64,000 nucleotides of DNA, from assembly GCF_009914755.1 (NCBI RefSeq), contig NC_060927.1, one strand, 5' to 3'. Both the position numbers and the translations under genes were made by a program. The stretch comes from the human T2T-CHM13v2.0 reference genome, Homo sapiens. Positions 1-15,820 of the stretch are shown here, piece by piece. Under the pieces are notes generated by a model. The model did not search any database. It had not been told where the DNA came from and saw only the letters and a list, made by a program, of their open reading frames with translations. Every line of letters begins with the position of its first letter. The stretch's first letter is position 1.

Positions 1-101
1 CAGGAGAATCACTTGAACCCGGGAGGCATAAGTTACAGTGAGCTGAGATCATGCCACTGCACTCCAGTTTGGTCGACAGAGCTAGACTCTGTCTCAAAAA
101 A
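1..101 (+). mobile_element. Alu right-arm end (cut by the window edge)
   Basis: caggagaatcacttgaaccc...tctcaaaaaa. Confidence 0.9.
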
Positions 102-879
102 CAGGCCACAGCACCATCCCATTTGTTGCATGTGTGCACGTATGTTCACTGAGGGACAACTGAAGCATGTTCATGAACACATCAACAGTGGTACCCTCTG
201 GGTGGTGAACTTTCAAGAGGATTTTACACTCTTCTTTATATTGGTCTGTGTTGTTTGGGTGTTTTAAAAAGCATATAACATTTATAAAGCCAAGAAAAAC
301 AGTGTGTAAAGTTTTCACTTTGAAAAACAAAATAATCAGAAGGGCACTGAAATGACTCCCAAGGCCAAGGACAATAAAGAGCTAGAAGGAGAACTGCAGT
401 TCAGAGAAGAGGGCCTGCCAGATCTTTTTATGAGCATTTAACAAAGGTAGCAATTATCACTGAGGGCCCATGTGATTCACTAAATCTCATTTCCTCTTGT
501 TTACAGGGTCAGTGGTAATTCCAAAATGTGTATATAGGTGGAACTTACAGGCAGCAGTCTAGTTGGATATTCAGCTTGGGAACTTATGCTGAAGCCATGT
601 TTGCACAGCACCTTAAATAAGACTGCAATGACACCAAGTATTTCTATAAAAGGAAGCAGAGGCTGATGGAAATGATGGGGAATTATAGTCTCCTCGGTGA
701 TTCCTTGGCTCTACCAAGGGATGAAGCTAGTCAACAGGAATGTGGTCAACATTCTTGACCTGGCCTCTCCTCCACCCCATCCCAACCCCACAGCCCATCG
801 ATCATGTACACCCTTGCCCCACTCTTTCAATGGGTTTAGAAACCAGGATCCCTGAGCCTCTCTGGATGCTTCCCAGTGA

Positions 880-1272
880 ACCAGGCATCCTGATATTCAC
901 ATCCTCATATGTCGTTCTCTCCCACACTGATTCTGGGCTTGGCCATATGACTTTGCTTTGGCCAATGGAACATTACCAAGTATGGTTCAAACAGAGGCTA
1001 GATAAGTGCTTCCACATTCAGGCTTGTCCCCTCAGGATGCTCCTTTTGGGGACTCACTTGCTGTGTAAGACCAGGCAAGACAACTGAATGATGAGAAACC
1101 ATGTGGGGTGAGACCCAGCCCTCCTAGCATCCTGGCTGAGCACCCCATGAGGGACCTTGGGTGAGACCAGCAGAATTGCCTAGTCAAATGACAGAACTAA
1201 GAGGAACAACAGAGTGTTGTATTAAGCTACTAACTTTTGGAGTGTCTCCTTAGGCAGCAGTTAATACTGAAG
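880..1272 (+). mobile_element. MLT1-family MaLR LTR (degraded)
   Basis: ggccatatgactttgctttggccaatg and terminal ttaagctactaacttttgg...gcagcag. Confidence 0.6.
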
Positions 1273-1515
1273 TAGCCTCTGATCCCTATTTCCCTGTAAC
1301 CTTCACTACCCTCTTTCCTCCTTTCCTCTATGCACTTTAGTTAACCTTGACAATAATACCCCTTCCTGCTCGGTTTGATTGCCATACCCAGGACACCTCC
1401 TTAACATTACACTGCTTTAGAGAGTAGCCTCCAACCCTGCGCTTTCAGGGAGAATCCAGGAAATTAGGATCAATGTCATTCACCTAAATTTGAAAGGAAT
1501 CAAGATAAAGCCACA

Positions 1516-1806
1516 GGCTAGCCAGGTGTGGTGGCTCAGGGCTGTAATCCCAACACTTTGGGAGGCCAAGGCAGGAGGATCACTTGAGCCTAGGCATTCC
1601 AGACCAGCCTGGCAACATAGTGAGACCCCATCTCTACAAAAATTTGAAAATCAGACAGATGTGAGGGCACAGACCTGTAGTCCCAGCTACTCAGAAGGCT
1701 GTGGTGGGAGGACTGCTTGAACATGGGAGGTCGAGGCTGCAGGGAGCCATGATCACCACTGCACTCCAGCCTGGGTGACAGAGTGAGACCCTGTCTCAAA
1801 AAAAAG
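1516..1806 (+). mobile_element. AluJ-like
   Basis: Dimeric Alu; TSD agataaa(g/a)ccaca. Confidence 0.9.
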
Positions 1807-2229
1807 AGATAAAACCACAAGGAACTGCTAGTCCACCAACATGATCATTCACTTATTCATGCAATAAATATTTACTGAGCATCTAATAAGTACTGGGCAC
1901 AAGGTGTTACAGTCATTAAGAACATCCTAGAGAGGACCCTGACATCTACTCATTGAGTCTCACCTAACAAACTGGTGGAATTAATACTCACCATAGCATG
2001 TTTGATCCCTTTCTTGTTATACAGAAAAGAAAACCGAGGACGAGAAAAGTAAGTTACTTCTCTGAGCTCATTAAGCTAATCGGTAGCAGAGCCAAGTCAG
2101 GACCAGGTTTCCTTTTCATCACAAAGAACAGGTAGAAATAAACAGACACTTCCCAGGATGAACATGGGTAAATATTGGAGTGGCCCCAAGGTCAGAGCTG
2201 TGTATAAGCACAAAGGTAGAATGTCCAAT

Positions 2230-3178
<949 letters not shown>

Positions 3179-3363
3179 TTAATAGTTAATTGTAATAAAC
3201 TCTAGGAAGATAATCGCGAAGAGGCAAGAATATGCAGAAAAGAGGCTGATACATTTCAATACACGTAAAGTGCAAGGTAACGTACTTCAGGAAAAAGTGC
3301 ACACTCATAAAATACAAACTATTCAGGACAACTTGGGAAGGAAACTTTGGCATTACTGTAAAA

Positions 3364-3700
3364 TAGAGGTCAGCCAACTTTTTCTGCAAAGAGCCAGCTA
3401 GTAAATATTTTGAGCTTTACAATCCATCAAGTCTGTCGCAACCACTCAGCTCTGCAGGTGCAGTACAAAAGCAGCCACATCAATATACCAATGAATGCGT
3501 GTGGCTGCACCCAAATACAACTGTATTTATGGACACTAAAATCTGAATTCTGTATCATTTTCACATGTCACAAAATGTTATTCTTCCTTCGACTTTTTTT
3601 CAACTATTCAAATATGTAAAAGCCCTTCTTAGAACTTACAGGCTGTATGAAAACAGGCCACAGGCTGCGTTTGGCCTGCAGACCACAGGTTGTCTTCCTC
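3364..3700. mobile_element. MER58B-like hAT DNA transposon
   Basis: gaggtcagccaactttttctgcaaagagccag...gtaaatattttgagcttt with a degenerate opposite TIR. Confidence 0.7.
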
Positions 3701-4057
3701 TGCTATAAAGGGTTTCCTAAAATTAATGATGCTGGGGTTGGAGGAGGTGGGGGTAGGGTCAGGGAGCACTCATGCATTGCCATTACTTACCCTGCTGTAA
3801 TACTAGAAATATTTTCTGTGTCAAATCTCTGCTGATAGGATTGAACAGAAAGTAACTGTAACACTCCACTATTTCTAAAGTAATTTACATGAGTGCTAAT
3901 GCATCCACTTGCCAATGCATAGAGTTCAGCTGGACTAGTAAATGAAAGTTGAGCAAATGTTATAATTTTTATATCTAATCTGCACAATCGTCTGTGCATG
4001 TGGGCCACAGGAACCACAGTTTTCTTTCATTACTCTGAAAAACTGACAATTAGCTGA

Positions 4058-4397
<340 letters not shown>

Positions 4398-4643
4398 GAG
4401 ATTCAATTTTTGACATGTGTCATGCAATGAACAGCGAATATCTCTGTCTAGCCACATGCTCAGGCCTTCTTTTGTTCATTCAACAAGCTCAAAGAGCCAG
4501 ACATTGGGTAGGTCACTGGAAGCAGTCATGAACGACACAATTAGAGTCTCTGCTGTTATGAAATGAACTGATGAGCATGGGAGAGAGGTTATTTAACAGT
4601 CCATCCTCAACTGAGTAGCCAAAGGTTCTTTTAAAATAGACAA

Positions 4644-4962
4644 GGCTGGGCGCAGTGATTCACACCTGTAATCCCAGCCTTTTGGGAGGCTGAGTTGGGG
4701 GGAATGCTGGAGGCTGGAAGTTGGAGACCAGCCTGGGCAACATAGCGAGACCCTGTCTCTTCAAAAAATTAAAATTTAAAAAATTAGCCAGGTGTGGTGG
4801 TGCCCACATGCAGTCCTAGCTATTAAGGAGACTGAGGCAGGGGGATCACTTGAGCCCGGGAGTTCAAGGTTACAGTGAGCTATGTTTGTGCCACTGCACT
4901 ACGGCCTGGGTGACAGAGCGAGACTTTGTCTCTAAAAATAAATAAATAAAACAAAAAACAAA
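4644..4962 (+). mobile_element. AluJ
   Basis: Dimer with a (TAAA)n tail. Confidence 0.9.
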
Positions 4963-4999
4963 CGTCATCTTCCTCCTCTCCTGAAAAGCCCCCATTGCT

Positions 5000-6095
<1,096 letters not shown>

Positions 6096-6212
6096 AATAC
6101 GGGACAAGAAATGTGATGATCATTAAGTAAAGGCATGTAGGAGAATACTGAGGAGAGATGTCTAATCCAGTTGTGGAAGTTAGGCAGACCACAACAGGGT
6201 GAGAAGATGTTC

Positions 6213-6425
6213 CAGGGCAGGTGTGGTGGCTCATGCCTGTAATTCCAACACTTTGGGAAGCCAAGCTGAGAGTATCACTTGAGCCTGGGAGTTCGAGACC
6301 AGCCTGGGCAACACAGGGAGACCCTATCTCGAAGAATAAAGAAGAGAGAAGACAGAAGGGAGACAGGAGGAAGAAGAAAGAAGAAAGAAGGAAGGAGAAG
6401 GAGAAGGGGAAGAAGAAGAAAAGAA
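6213..6425 (+). mobile_element. FLAM/Alu left monomer with an expanded GA-rich tail
   Basis: Monomer followed by (GAA/GGA)n low-complexity sequence. Confidence 0.8.
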
Positions 6426-7948
6426 TGTTCGGGACAGAGACCCAAAGTAGACACATTCCCTGCTCTCATGGGCACACTGAGAAACAGAGCAGGGAAAAGT
6501 CCCTGCAATGAAAGAGATGTAATACTGGGTGAGTTTTTTGTCTTACTATAGCCCCCTCACAATATGTGTCCAGCCTGCCCTCCTCTCCCCACCCTGCCCT
6601 CCTCTCTCCACCCTGCCCTCCTCTCCCCAGTGCTGGAGGGCTGTGATCCCCCACCTCCAAGTCCAGTCCTGCTCTCAGCTCTCAGAACAGACTTGACCCG
6701 GGAAAGTAAGGCTGTAGGTAGCTTCAGTGCCCCTCTACAGAAACCAGCATAGGGATTCTCCTTCTCTGGGCAGAGGCCAGGGAGGGGACCTGGCACTGGA
6801 GCCCGGGTTCTGATAACCAGACTTCAGCTTCATTCTCAGTGCCTGGAGCCTCATCTTGGCAAATTCCCAGCACATTTGAACTCCAGACCAGCCTTGGCAT
6901 GACCAGTGTTATCAAAAAGCCTCTTCCATTGAAAGTAACAGGAAACCCAACTAAACTGGCATAAGCACTATGAAGATTTATTGGCTCAAAAAACTATACT
7001 GGTCAGGCTGGTCTGGTAGGGCTGGCCTCACACCAGGGTTCAAATGACATCATCGGGACTATGTTTCCACCTCTCCAGTCTATCTTCAGCTGGGTTGGCT
7101 TCATTCAGCCCCAGGCTCTTCCAAGGCTCCCAACCTCTGCCAGCAGCTTAAGGCTTTCAACTGGGCTGCTGCACCTCCCACCCAACCTTTTCCCAGATTG
7201 AAGCTTGGGTGGAAAGAGGGCCCCTGCCTCTCTCCCACCAATCCCAGAAAAGTCCCACTGCATTTCACAGGCTATGGCTGGACCACAACCCCCTCCTTAA
7301 ACCAATCACTCTAGCCTCCCTTCCCCATCCTGGGAAGAGGATTTGATCATTTGATTGGCCAGGTGAGGGTCATGTCTTCCAGTCCTGGAGCTGTGAGTGG
7401 AACCTCACAGAGAGCACGTGGACTGAGACAAGGAGAAAACACAAATCTGGGCTTGAAACGAAAGGAAGGGTAATGGCTGCTGGGGATGGGAGACAATAAC
7501 CTCTTACGTGAAGTTTATAGTTCTAAAGCAAGACCTTGAGTAACTCAGCCAAACAGTTCAATAATAGTCCTTGATGGAAGAATGTTTTCCATCTTCTGCC
7601 ACACTGTACAAAATTCAAATACATGTAGTGAAATCATATGTTTTACGGTGAAATAAAAATTAAAGATGTACAAAATATGCTTAAACCACTGAAAATGTGA
7701 GCGCCTAAATGATGATAATGATTTTTCTACAAAATTTGCTTTCAAGATTAAAAAAAAGAATGCAATGCTATTAACACACACCTTTAAAAGAAACTGCAGC
7801 ATAAAATTAGGGAAGGGAAAACAGAGATGAATTACTTAAACTATATTTATTATAAAAACCCATCTCAATAGACTGCAAAGGCTGAATTCCTCTTTGGCAA
7901 TGTAATTTTGCTCTGTCAAATACTTCACGAAAGTGGATCACAGGTTAG

Positions 7949-8624
<676 letters not shown>

Positions 8625-9607
8625 TCATATAATTTTTTAAGCTGAATTTTTAAGTTAAGCCAATATTTTTGTCCATCTGAAGGAATGCATCACATATATT
8701 GTTTAGAAATCAACTATCCAAGCAATTTCTAACATTAAAGAAATACTTGATTTGATAATTGTTCTGCCCCCTTAACTACTCCCTGCTAAGCATCTGAAGG
8801 CGGGAGAGGAGGTTAGAGGAAGGTCTGAGTTTTTTTAAAGCCTGAGAAACTGGGACTTCCCTGCATTTCAAAGCACAAAGGCCTATTATTCAAGGAAAGG
8901 GGCCAGAGAGGCAGAGAATTCAATTCTGTAGGCCACCGTGTACTTCTTCCTTTCTCCTGCCAAATCAAGGCTCACACCAATCCCAAGTGGACCGCAACAG
9001 GGCAACCCTCTGAAAAGTGAAAGCAGTCGAGGAAAAAGAAAAAGGGGCCAGCCAGCAGCCGCGTTCTTCCGAGAGCCTGGGGAGCACTCATTATATGTGA
9101 ATAGAGCCAGTGAAAAGCGCCTTTGCTCTGCAGCCTTGGAGGGGCCACCAGCTAACGTAGACTCCATTCACGCTCCCATTGTAAATTCCATCTGTGTGCT
9201 ATCACTTCCTGACCCAGAAACAGGGAAATATTTCGGCCGTAAATTTCCCTAGGAGCTGGCCTGGCTACAAAATCGTTCCCTGTGAAGTTCACCGGCTCCA
9301 TGAAGATTTGGTAAAGGTTTTTAAGATCATGTTTGCCTGCAATTCCTTCTCATTTACTAAAGGGTCTTCTCCCCATCTCACTGTTTTCCTTCCAGAAACT
9401 AGATCCTCAATGAAACTGGGATAGCTATGCCAAAAGCTCTGGGTAAAATCAGAAGCTCTCTCCTGTCTTCAGAGTAAAAGCTTAAAATGTGTGGCTGGCC
9501 CAAAGCTAAAGCTGGTCAAGTGTCAATCAGTAAGTTGGCTATTTAAATCTAAGAATAAGTCTGAGAAACTGAGAGTGTAAGAAGAGAAAACAGAAGTGAT
9601 GTAGAAG

Positions 9608-9756
9608 GGAGGTTCTCAAACTCTAGTATGCATCAGAAAGACCTGAGAGACTTTCCAATTCAGTCACTCCAGGACAAGGCCTGAGAATGTGCATTTCTAA
9701 CAAGTGCCCTCTGATGCTGATGCTGCTGGTCCAGGGACCACACTTGAAAACCACTG
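9608..9756. mobile_element. MER5A hAT element
   Basis: ggttctcaaact...gcatttctaacaag...ggaccacacttgaaaaccactg. Confidence 0.8.
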
Positions 9757-10533
9757 ATACGGGGAGTGACTCCATCAGGCCTCACACATCAAGCAAGACA
9801 TTGGACATATTCAAAGGCTCAACAACATCTGGATTCAGACTCAGTAAACATATTGTGGTACCCACCTATGGATACAGGCTACATGCTTTCTACAGGTGCT
9901 GGTTATGGTTCTTAATCTACTGCACAGTTGTACACAAAATATAACATTTCAATTTCATTTTTAGCCCCTATCCGACTAGAGTGGCAAATATATAACCTCC
10001 GCTAATTTGAAATCTTCTTCCCACTTTCAGGGAATGCCTCCAGGTTCTCGGTGTTTATGGAGAATCATGGGAGGGAGAGTGGTGCATTCTGGTCCTTGCT
10101 GTTGTCTATCCATGCAGTTGTCTGTTGAAATTGTCAGACAATTTCATCACCTTGTCTGGCCCATAGGCACCAGTCCTCACTCATCACCACCGACATGTCC
10201 CTCACCTCCAGCCCAGCACCCTTTCTGGGCCACACTGGGAACCCAGAATCTACCGGCTTACTACCCAGCCATGTCCTTTCTGCTCCACAGGGCTCCACAC
10301 AGAAAGCAGGGCACAGGGCCCCTCTCTCTGGGGCTGGCTGTATATCTGCTTTCATCACACCTCCTCTTTCCTCCTTCCCCCTGCTACCTACCCCGCTTCT
10401 CTGCCCAGAGCAGTGGAATGTTTGCTAGTCTGAGGGGGACTCTCTTCAACCCCCTTGCCCTCACTTATTTTGGCCACATGCAGGTGCCCTCAATAGTCCC
10501 CTGAGAACTTAAAGCTTTTGAAAATCAAGCCAG

Positions 10534-10853
10534 GGCCAGGTGCCGTGGCTCATACCTGTAATCCCAGCACTTTGAGAGGCTGAGGCAGAGGATCACTTGA
10601 GCCCAGGAGTTTAAGACAAGCCTCAGTAACATAGCAAGACCCCATCTGTACAAAAAAAAAAAAAATTTAAATAGCCAGGCATAGCAGCATGTGCCTGTAG
10701 TTGTAGCTACTTAGGAGGCTGAGATGGGGGGATCGCTTGAGCCTGGGAGGTCGAGGCTGCAGTGACCTGTGATCACACACCTGCACTCCAGCCTGGGTGA
10801 CAGACTGAGACCGCATCTCAAGAAAAAAAAGAAAGAAAAGAAAAGAAAGAAAG
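10534..10853 (+). mobile_element. AluJ
   Basis: TSD gaaaatcaa(a)gccagg. Confidence 0.9.
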
Positions 10854-12217
10854 AAAATCAAAGCCAGGAAGATCCTTATTTTGTTTTTTCTGATCTGCCA
10901 TTTTCTTCCCTGAGTCAATAAGCACAGAATGGCTTGCCTGCTTGAGGGGACAAAACTGAATAAAGGGAGATGCTTAAAAGGGGAAAAAATACATTCATTT
11001 TAAATACATACACACACATATTAGTATTTTAGAATTATTATCTTGCAATGCCTGCATTCTCCTGTTTAATCTTCAAGGCAATCCTGTGAAGTAGATGTCA
11101 TTCACTCCATTTTACAAATAAGAAAACAGGCTCAGAGAGATTAAAAAGCCTTGCCTAAAGTCACATAATGCCAAACCCAGCGATGCTGGTTCTGAATTCA
11201 AGGCTCATTCCTTTGTACCTTAGCTTGTCCTCCAAAAGAGAAAGGGACAGAGGGAGGCCTGTCAGTGCAGAAGGTATGACCCAGAATACTCATCAGGGGA
11301 TGTGTGTTAGGAAATCATTTGGGCCAAGAGATACTATTAATTCAAGATGTGGACACAAGGCATAGAAATCAGTCCTCAACTGACAACTGCACAGCAGATG
11401 ACAGCAAGGGCCAGAATGGGTGGTAACAGGCAGAGGAAAAAAACCAAGAGACGGGATTCAAGGAAAGTAAAAGTTAACAGGTATGTAAACACCAGGGACT
11501 AAGAAGTCAAGAGGTTCAAAGTCAAGGTCGCAGGTCAAGGAGTAATCATTTCCTGACTATGAGAGACAGGTAAGGAGTGCAGAAAATTAACTCCAAAACC
11601 AAAGCGATCTGAATCCCTCAAATTCTCACTAGATTAGGAGTCAGGAATCCAGGGAGTTATGGAAGTAAATCAAAGTATTGGCAGTCAAGAGCTAGACCTT
11701 ATACTAGAAAGGGTGTGTTTGCCCTTTAGTTGTCCTCCTGGGGCAGAGACTCAGAGTGTCTGCGGTTGAGCAGGAACATGACTGTGAGAGTAAGAAGTGC
11801 AAAGCCAGGACAGGCTCAGGGGAGCAGGGAGCAGAGAAAGCCCCGAGTCAAAAGCATGTCACCGTGCACAGGGAACATCTTTTGTTTTTGTCTAGCAGCC
11901 TTCTTCTGAGAACAAAGCTGGTCTCATCCTTTTGAGGAACAAATTCCCCCAACCTAGTTCATGCCAACTGGCTGGGTCTGGATTCCCTGTCACATGGATT
12001 GGCTCAGGGGTGAGTGTGTGACCCAATGCAGGCTAATCAGTGCCAATCTTGGTGCTTTCCTGGAGCTATGGAAAAAGAGGAGACATGGCCCTCTGGGCTT
12101 GTTAACCTGGTAAGTAAACTTGGAGCTGGCATGTCCATCCGGACCATCTCCCAGGTAGAGCTTCCCTGAGAATAAAGCCAACAGAGAAGGAAGTAGGGCT
12201 AAAATATAGAGGAAAAC

Positions 12218-12644
12218 TGATATATATGGTTTGGATCTGTGTTCCCCACCAAATCTCAATGTCAAACTGCAGTACCCAATGTTGGAGGTGGGGCCTGGTG
12301 GGAGGTGGTTGGATCATGGAGGTGGATTTCTCATGAATGGTTTAACACTATCCCCTTGGTGCTGGTTCTTGTGATAGTGAGTGAGTTATTCTGAGATCTG
12401 GCTGTTTAAAAGTGTGCAGCACCTCCCCCACCTCTCTCTCTTGCTCCTGCTCCTGCCATGTGAGACGACTCGCTCCCCCTTTGCCTTCCGCCATGATTGG
12501 AAGCTTCCTGAGGTCTCCTCAGCAGCAGAAGCTGCTATGCTTCCTGTACAGCCTGCAGAACCATGAGCCAATTAAACCTCTTTTATTTACAAATTACACA
12601 GTCTTAGGTATTTCTTTATAGCAGTGCAAGAACAGACTAATACA
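12218..12644 (+). mobile_element. MST (A/B) MaLR solo LTR inserted in an older MLT1-like LTR (~11860-12800)
   Basis: TGATA..TATGGTTTGGATCTGTG...gcagtgcaagaacagactaataCA. Confidence 0.85.
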
Positions 12645-12894
12645 GAGACCGAGAGTGAGAGACTGTATCCTAACAACACTCCTTGAGGCCCTGGATCCAG
12701 TCATGACAAATTGATCACCTTGAACTTCTCAGTTAAGTAAACCAATAAATTCCCTTTTTGAGTATCTGTCACTTTCTGAAAGAGACCTTGCTAATGCACT
12801 ATACATAAAAATTTACTCTGAATAATGAAAATATGTTCACATTATATATATATAGTGTGTATATATAGACAGTATATGTAATATATACATTTTT

Positions 12895-13355
12895 TAAAGT
12901 AGAATCTAATTACTGCCCTTTGAAAATGAGCCAGACTTAGTGACTTACTTCTAAAAAATAGAACGTGGTGGAAGTAATGCTTTGTTACTTCTACTTGCCT
13001 CTCACTCTCCTGAGATGCCAGCTTTTGGAACCAAGGTGTCATATGACAAGGAAGCCCAAGTCACATGGAGAAAACACATGTGGGTGTTCAGACAACAGCC
13101 CCAGCTAGCCCTCAGCCAACAGTCAGAATCAGCCACCAGACAAGAGAGTGGACAAGCCTTCAGAGGACTTCAGCCCCAGCCTTCAAGTCTTCCAGTAAAC
13201 ATGACCCCAGGCATGGTGGAACAGGGATGGCCATTCTGCTCTGCTGTCTGAATTCCTGACCCATAGAAATCATGAGTGATCATAAGTGATTTTTACTATT
13301 TTTAAGCCACTGTGTTTTGAGGTAGTTTGTTATATAGCAATAGATAACTAATACA
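12895..13355 (+). mobile_element. MLT1-family LTR
   Basis: Ends tttaagccactg...tagcaatagataactaataca. Confidence 0.75.
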
Positions 13356-13571
13356 AGGACAAAACAGTGAATGGTAATTAGCTCAAGTGCTAACTCTGAC
13401 CAACCGATAGTTGTCTGGAGAAGGATGCATCAGGACTGAGTGAAAAAGAGAAGATGAAATTCAGTTAATGATGTCTGCCATGAGCATAGAAGTGGGAAGT
13501 GACAGCAGTCGGGTTTGTCATTTGTTGGCGCTGGTCTACAACCAACCACAAACCCAGATAAAAATGTTCAA

Positions 13572-13940
13572 AGATACTATGCAGCCACGAAAAAGAATCA
13601 GATCATGTCTTTTACGGGAACACGGATGGAGCTGGTGGCCATTATCCTCAGCAAACTAACACAGGAACAGAAAACCCAATACCTTATAAGTGGGAGCTAA
13701 ATGAGGAGAACACATGGACACATAGAGGGGAATAATACCCACTGGGGCCTATCAGAGGGTGGAGGGTGAGAGGAGGGAGAGGATCAGAAAAAATTTTTGG
13801 GTACTAGGCTTAGTACCTAGGTGACAAAATAATCTGCACAACAAACCTCTGTAACACAAGCTTACCTATGTAACAAAACTGCACACATACCACTGAACCT
13901 GAAATACAACTTAAAAAATAATAATAATAATAATAATAAA
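13572..13940 (+). mobile_element. 5'-truncated L1P (old L1PA/L1PB) 3' end with an (AAT)n tail
   Basis: atactatgcagcca..aaaagaa..agatcatgtc...ataagtgggagctaaa...tgtaacaaaactgcac. Confidence 0.85.
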
Positions 13941-14370
13941 TGTTTACAGAAGGAAAGGAAGAAAAAGGCAAGTAAGTAGGATAGGAGAGGAAGCACTGAT
14001 CTTGGAGATAAGATACCAGGGTTCAAATCTTAGCTACTTACCAGCTATGGAAACTTAGGCTACTCATTTAGCCTCTCTGGGCCTCAGTTTCCTCAGCTGT
14101 AAAATCGTAGATTGTGGTGTGAGTTCAATTAAATGAGATAATGATACCAATGTCTGGCAGTAGGCACTCAACAAAGGGGAGCGTGGTGGGAGTTGTGGCC
14201 GAACCTCAGCAAGATTTGGGTACGTGAGATGGATTTAAGGTGGATTGGACTTTCCAAGTGCGTTAAGTGGCAGCACACAAGGCCTTCCCAAAGTGGGTTC
14301 CATGAAAGACTAGGTCTGTAGGATGTTAATAGCATGTTCTATGAAACCCTGGTGATGTGGGATCTTAATA

Positions 14371-14713
14371 CAGGGGTCCCCAACCCCTGGGCCGTGGACT
14401 GGTGCCAGTCCCCGTGGCCTATTAGGAACAGGGCTGCACAGCAGGAGGTGAGTGGTGGGCAAGGGAGCATTACCACCTGAGCTCCACCTCCTGTTGCATC
14501 GGCGTGGCATTAGATTCTCACAGGACTGTGAACCCTATTGTGAACTGCACATGCAAGGGATGTAGGTTGCATGCTCCTTATGAGAATCCAATGCCTGATG
14601 ATCTGGGGTGGAACAGCTTCATCCTGAGACCATCCCCCCATCACCCCCCACCGTCCATGGAAATTGTCTTCCACAAAACGAGTCCCTGGTACCAAAAAGG
14701 TTGGGGACTGCCA
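14371..14713 (+). mobile_element. MER1B hAT-Charlie element
   Basis: CAGGGGTCCCCAACC...GGTTGGGGACTG TIRs; perfect 8-bp TSD tcttaata (14363 / 14714). Confidence 0.92.
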
Positions 14714-14729
14714 TCTTAATAGATTAAAA

Positions 14730-15285
14730 CAAGTAAAAAATTGTTTACATACACTTACCATACGGCCCAGCAATCCCATTCCTCAAGAAAGTGAAAATTT
14801 AAGTTCACACAAACACCTGTACGTGAATGTTTCTAGCAGCTCTATTCATACTCACCAAAGCCTAGAAATATCCTTCAACAGGATAAGCAAATTTTGGTAT
14901 ATTCACACTATGGAATATGACTCAGCAACAAAAAAGACCTAACTATTCATACATATAACACAGATATGTCCCAGAGGCATTCCCTGAGTGAAAAAAGACA
15001 GTTACAAAGGCTACATGGTGTATGATTCCATCTGTATGTCCAAAATATGACATTCTTGGAAAAAAAGAAAACTACTGTGGTGGAAAACAGATTCATAGTT
15101 GCCAGAGGTGGACAGGGAGGGGTGCTGACTATAAAGGGACAGCACAGGGAGTTTTGGGGTGGGATGAAACTGTTCTGTATCTTGACTGTGGTGATGATTA
15201 CATGAATCTGTGTATGTGTGCAATTTTATGGAACTATATACCAAAAAAAGTTAATTTTACTGTGTATTACTTTTCAAAATAAAAG
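14730..15285 (+). mobile_element. Old L1M 3' fragment
   Basis: tggtatattcacactatggaatatgactcagca...tgattccat...gtggtgatgattacatg. Confidence 0.75.
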
Positions 15286-15737
15286 GAAGACTTCATGTAA
15301 ATTTGGAAAATACTGTGTTAAAGTGAAATAAGAATCTTTATCACAGGACATATCAGAGCCTTGAATATACCATTTGGTATCTATGATTCTCAAAGACTGG
15401 CAGGGAATATGCAGCGTTTCTCTAATTTATTTGACAAGGAACTCTTCTTTCTCAGAACATCTCGAAGGCCTAGAGTTTTCTAGACTCACTCTGGAAGATT
15501 CAGGTCTAGTAGCAGGTATGAGCTGGTGTCTTGATCTCTGGGATCCAAGGAAAACTAAAATGGTAGGCTGTGAATCAGATACTACTTAACAATGCAGTCT
15601 CTGTGCCCTAAACAAATTCTGGGATGAGAAGGTACAGATGATAAAAAGTAATGACCAGTTCTGGTTTTCTTCTTTATTAAATTTTATGAATAATGTATCT
15701 AAGTACAAATACACACAAATGTCTCTCCCTGTGTATC

Positions 15738-15739
<2 letters not shown>

Positions 15740-15779
<40 letters not shown>
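15740..15779 (+). repeat. (AC)~20 microsatellite
   Basis: Pure dinucleotide run about 40 bp from the 3' LTR. Confidence 0.95.
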
Positions 15780-15781
<2 letters not shown>

Positions 15782-15820
15782 ATTCATATATGCATACCAC
15801 TGAAAAAAAGGTTTAAATTA

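Noticed and set aside
6330-6630. GA-rich and CT-rich tracts as coding or special elements
   Set aside because: Expanded Alu tail and low-complexity sequence; triplex/G4 potential is generic.
10007-10504. 165-aa ORF in non-Alu sequence
   Set aside because: TTG start, Pro/Ser-rich composition, no recognisable domain or convincing splice frame.
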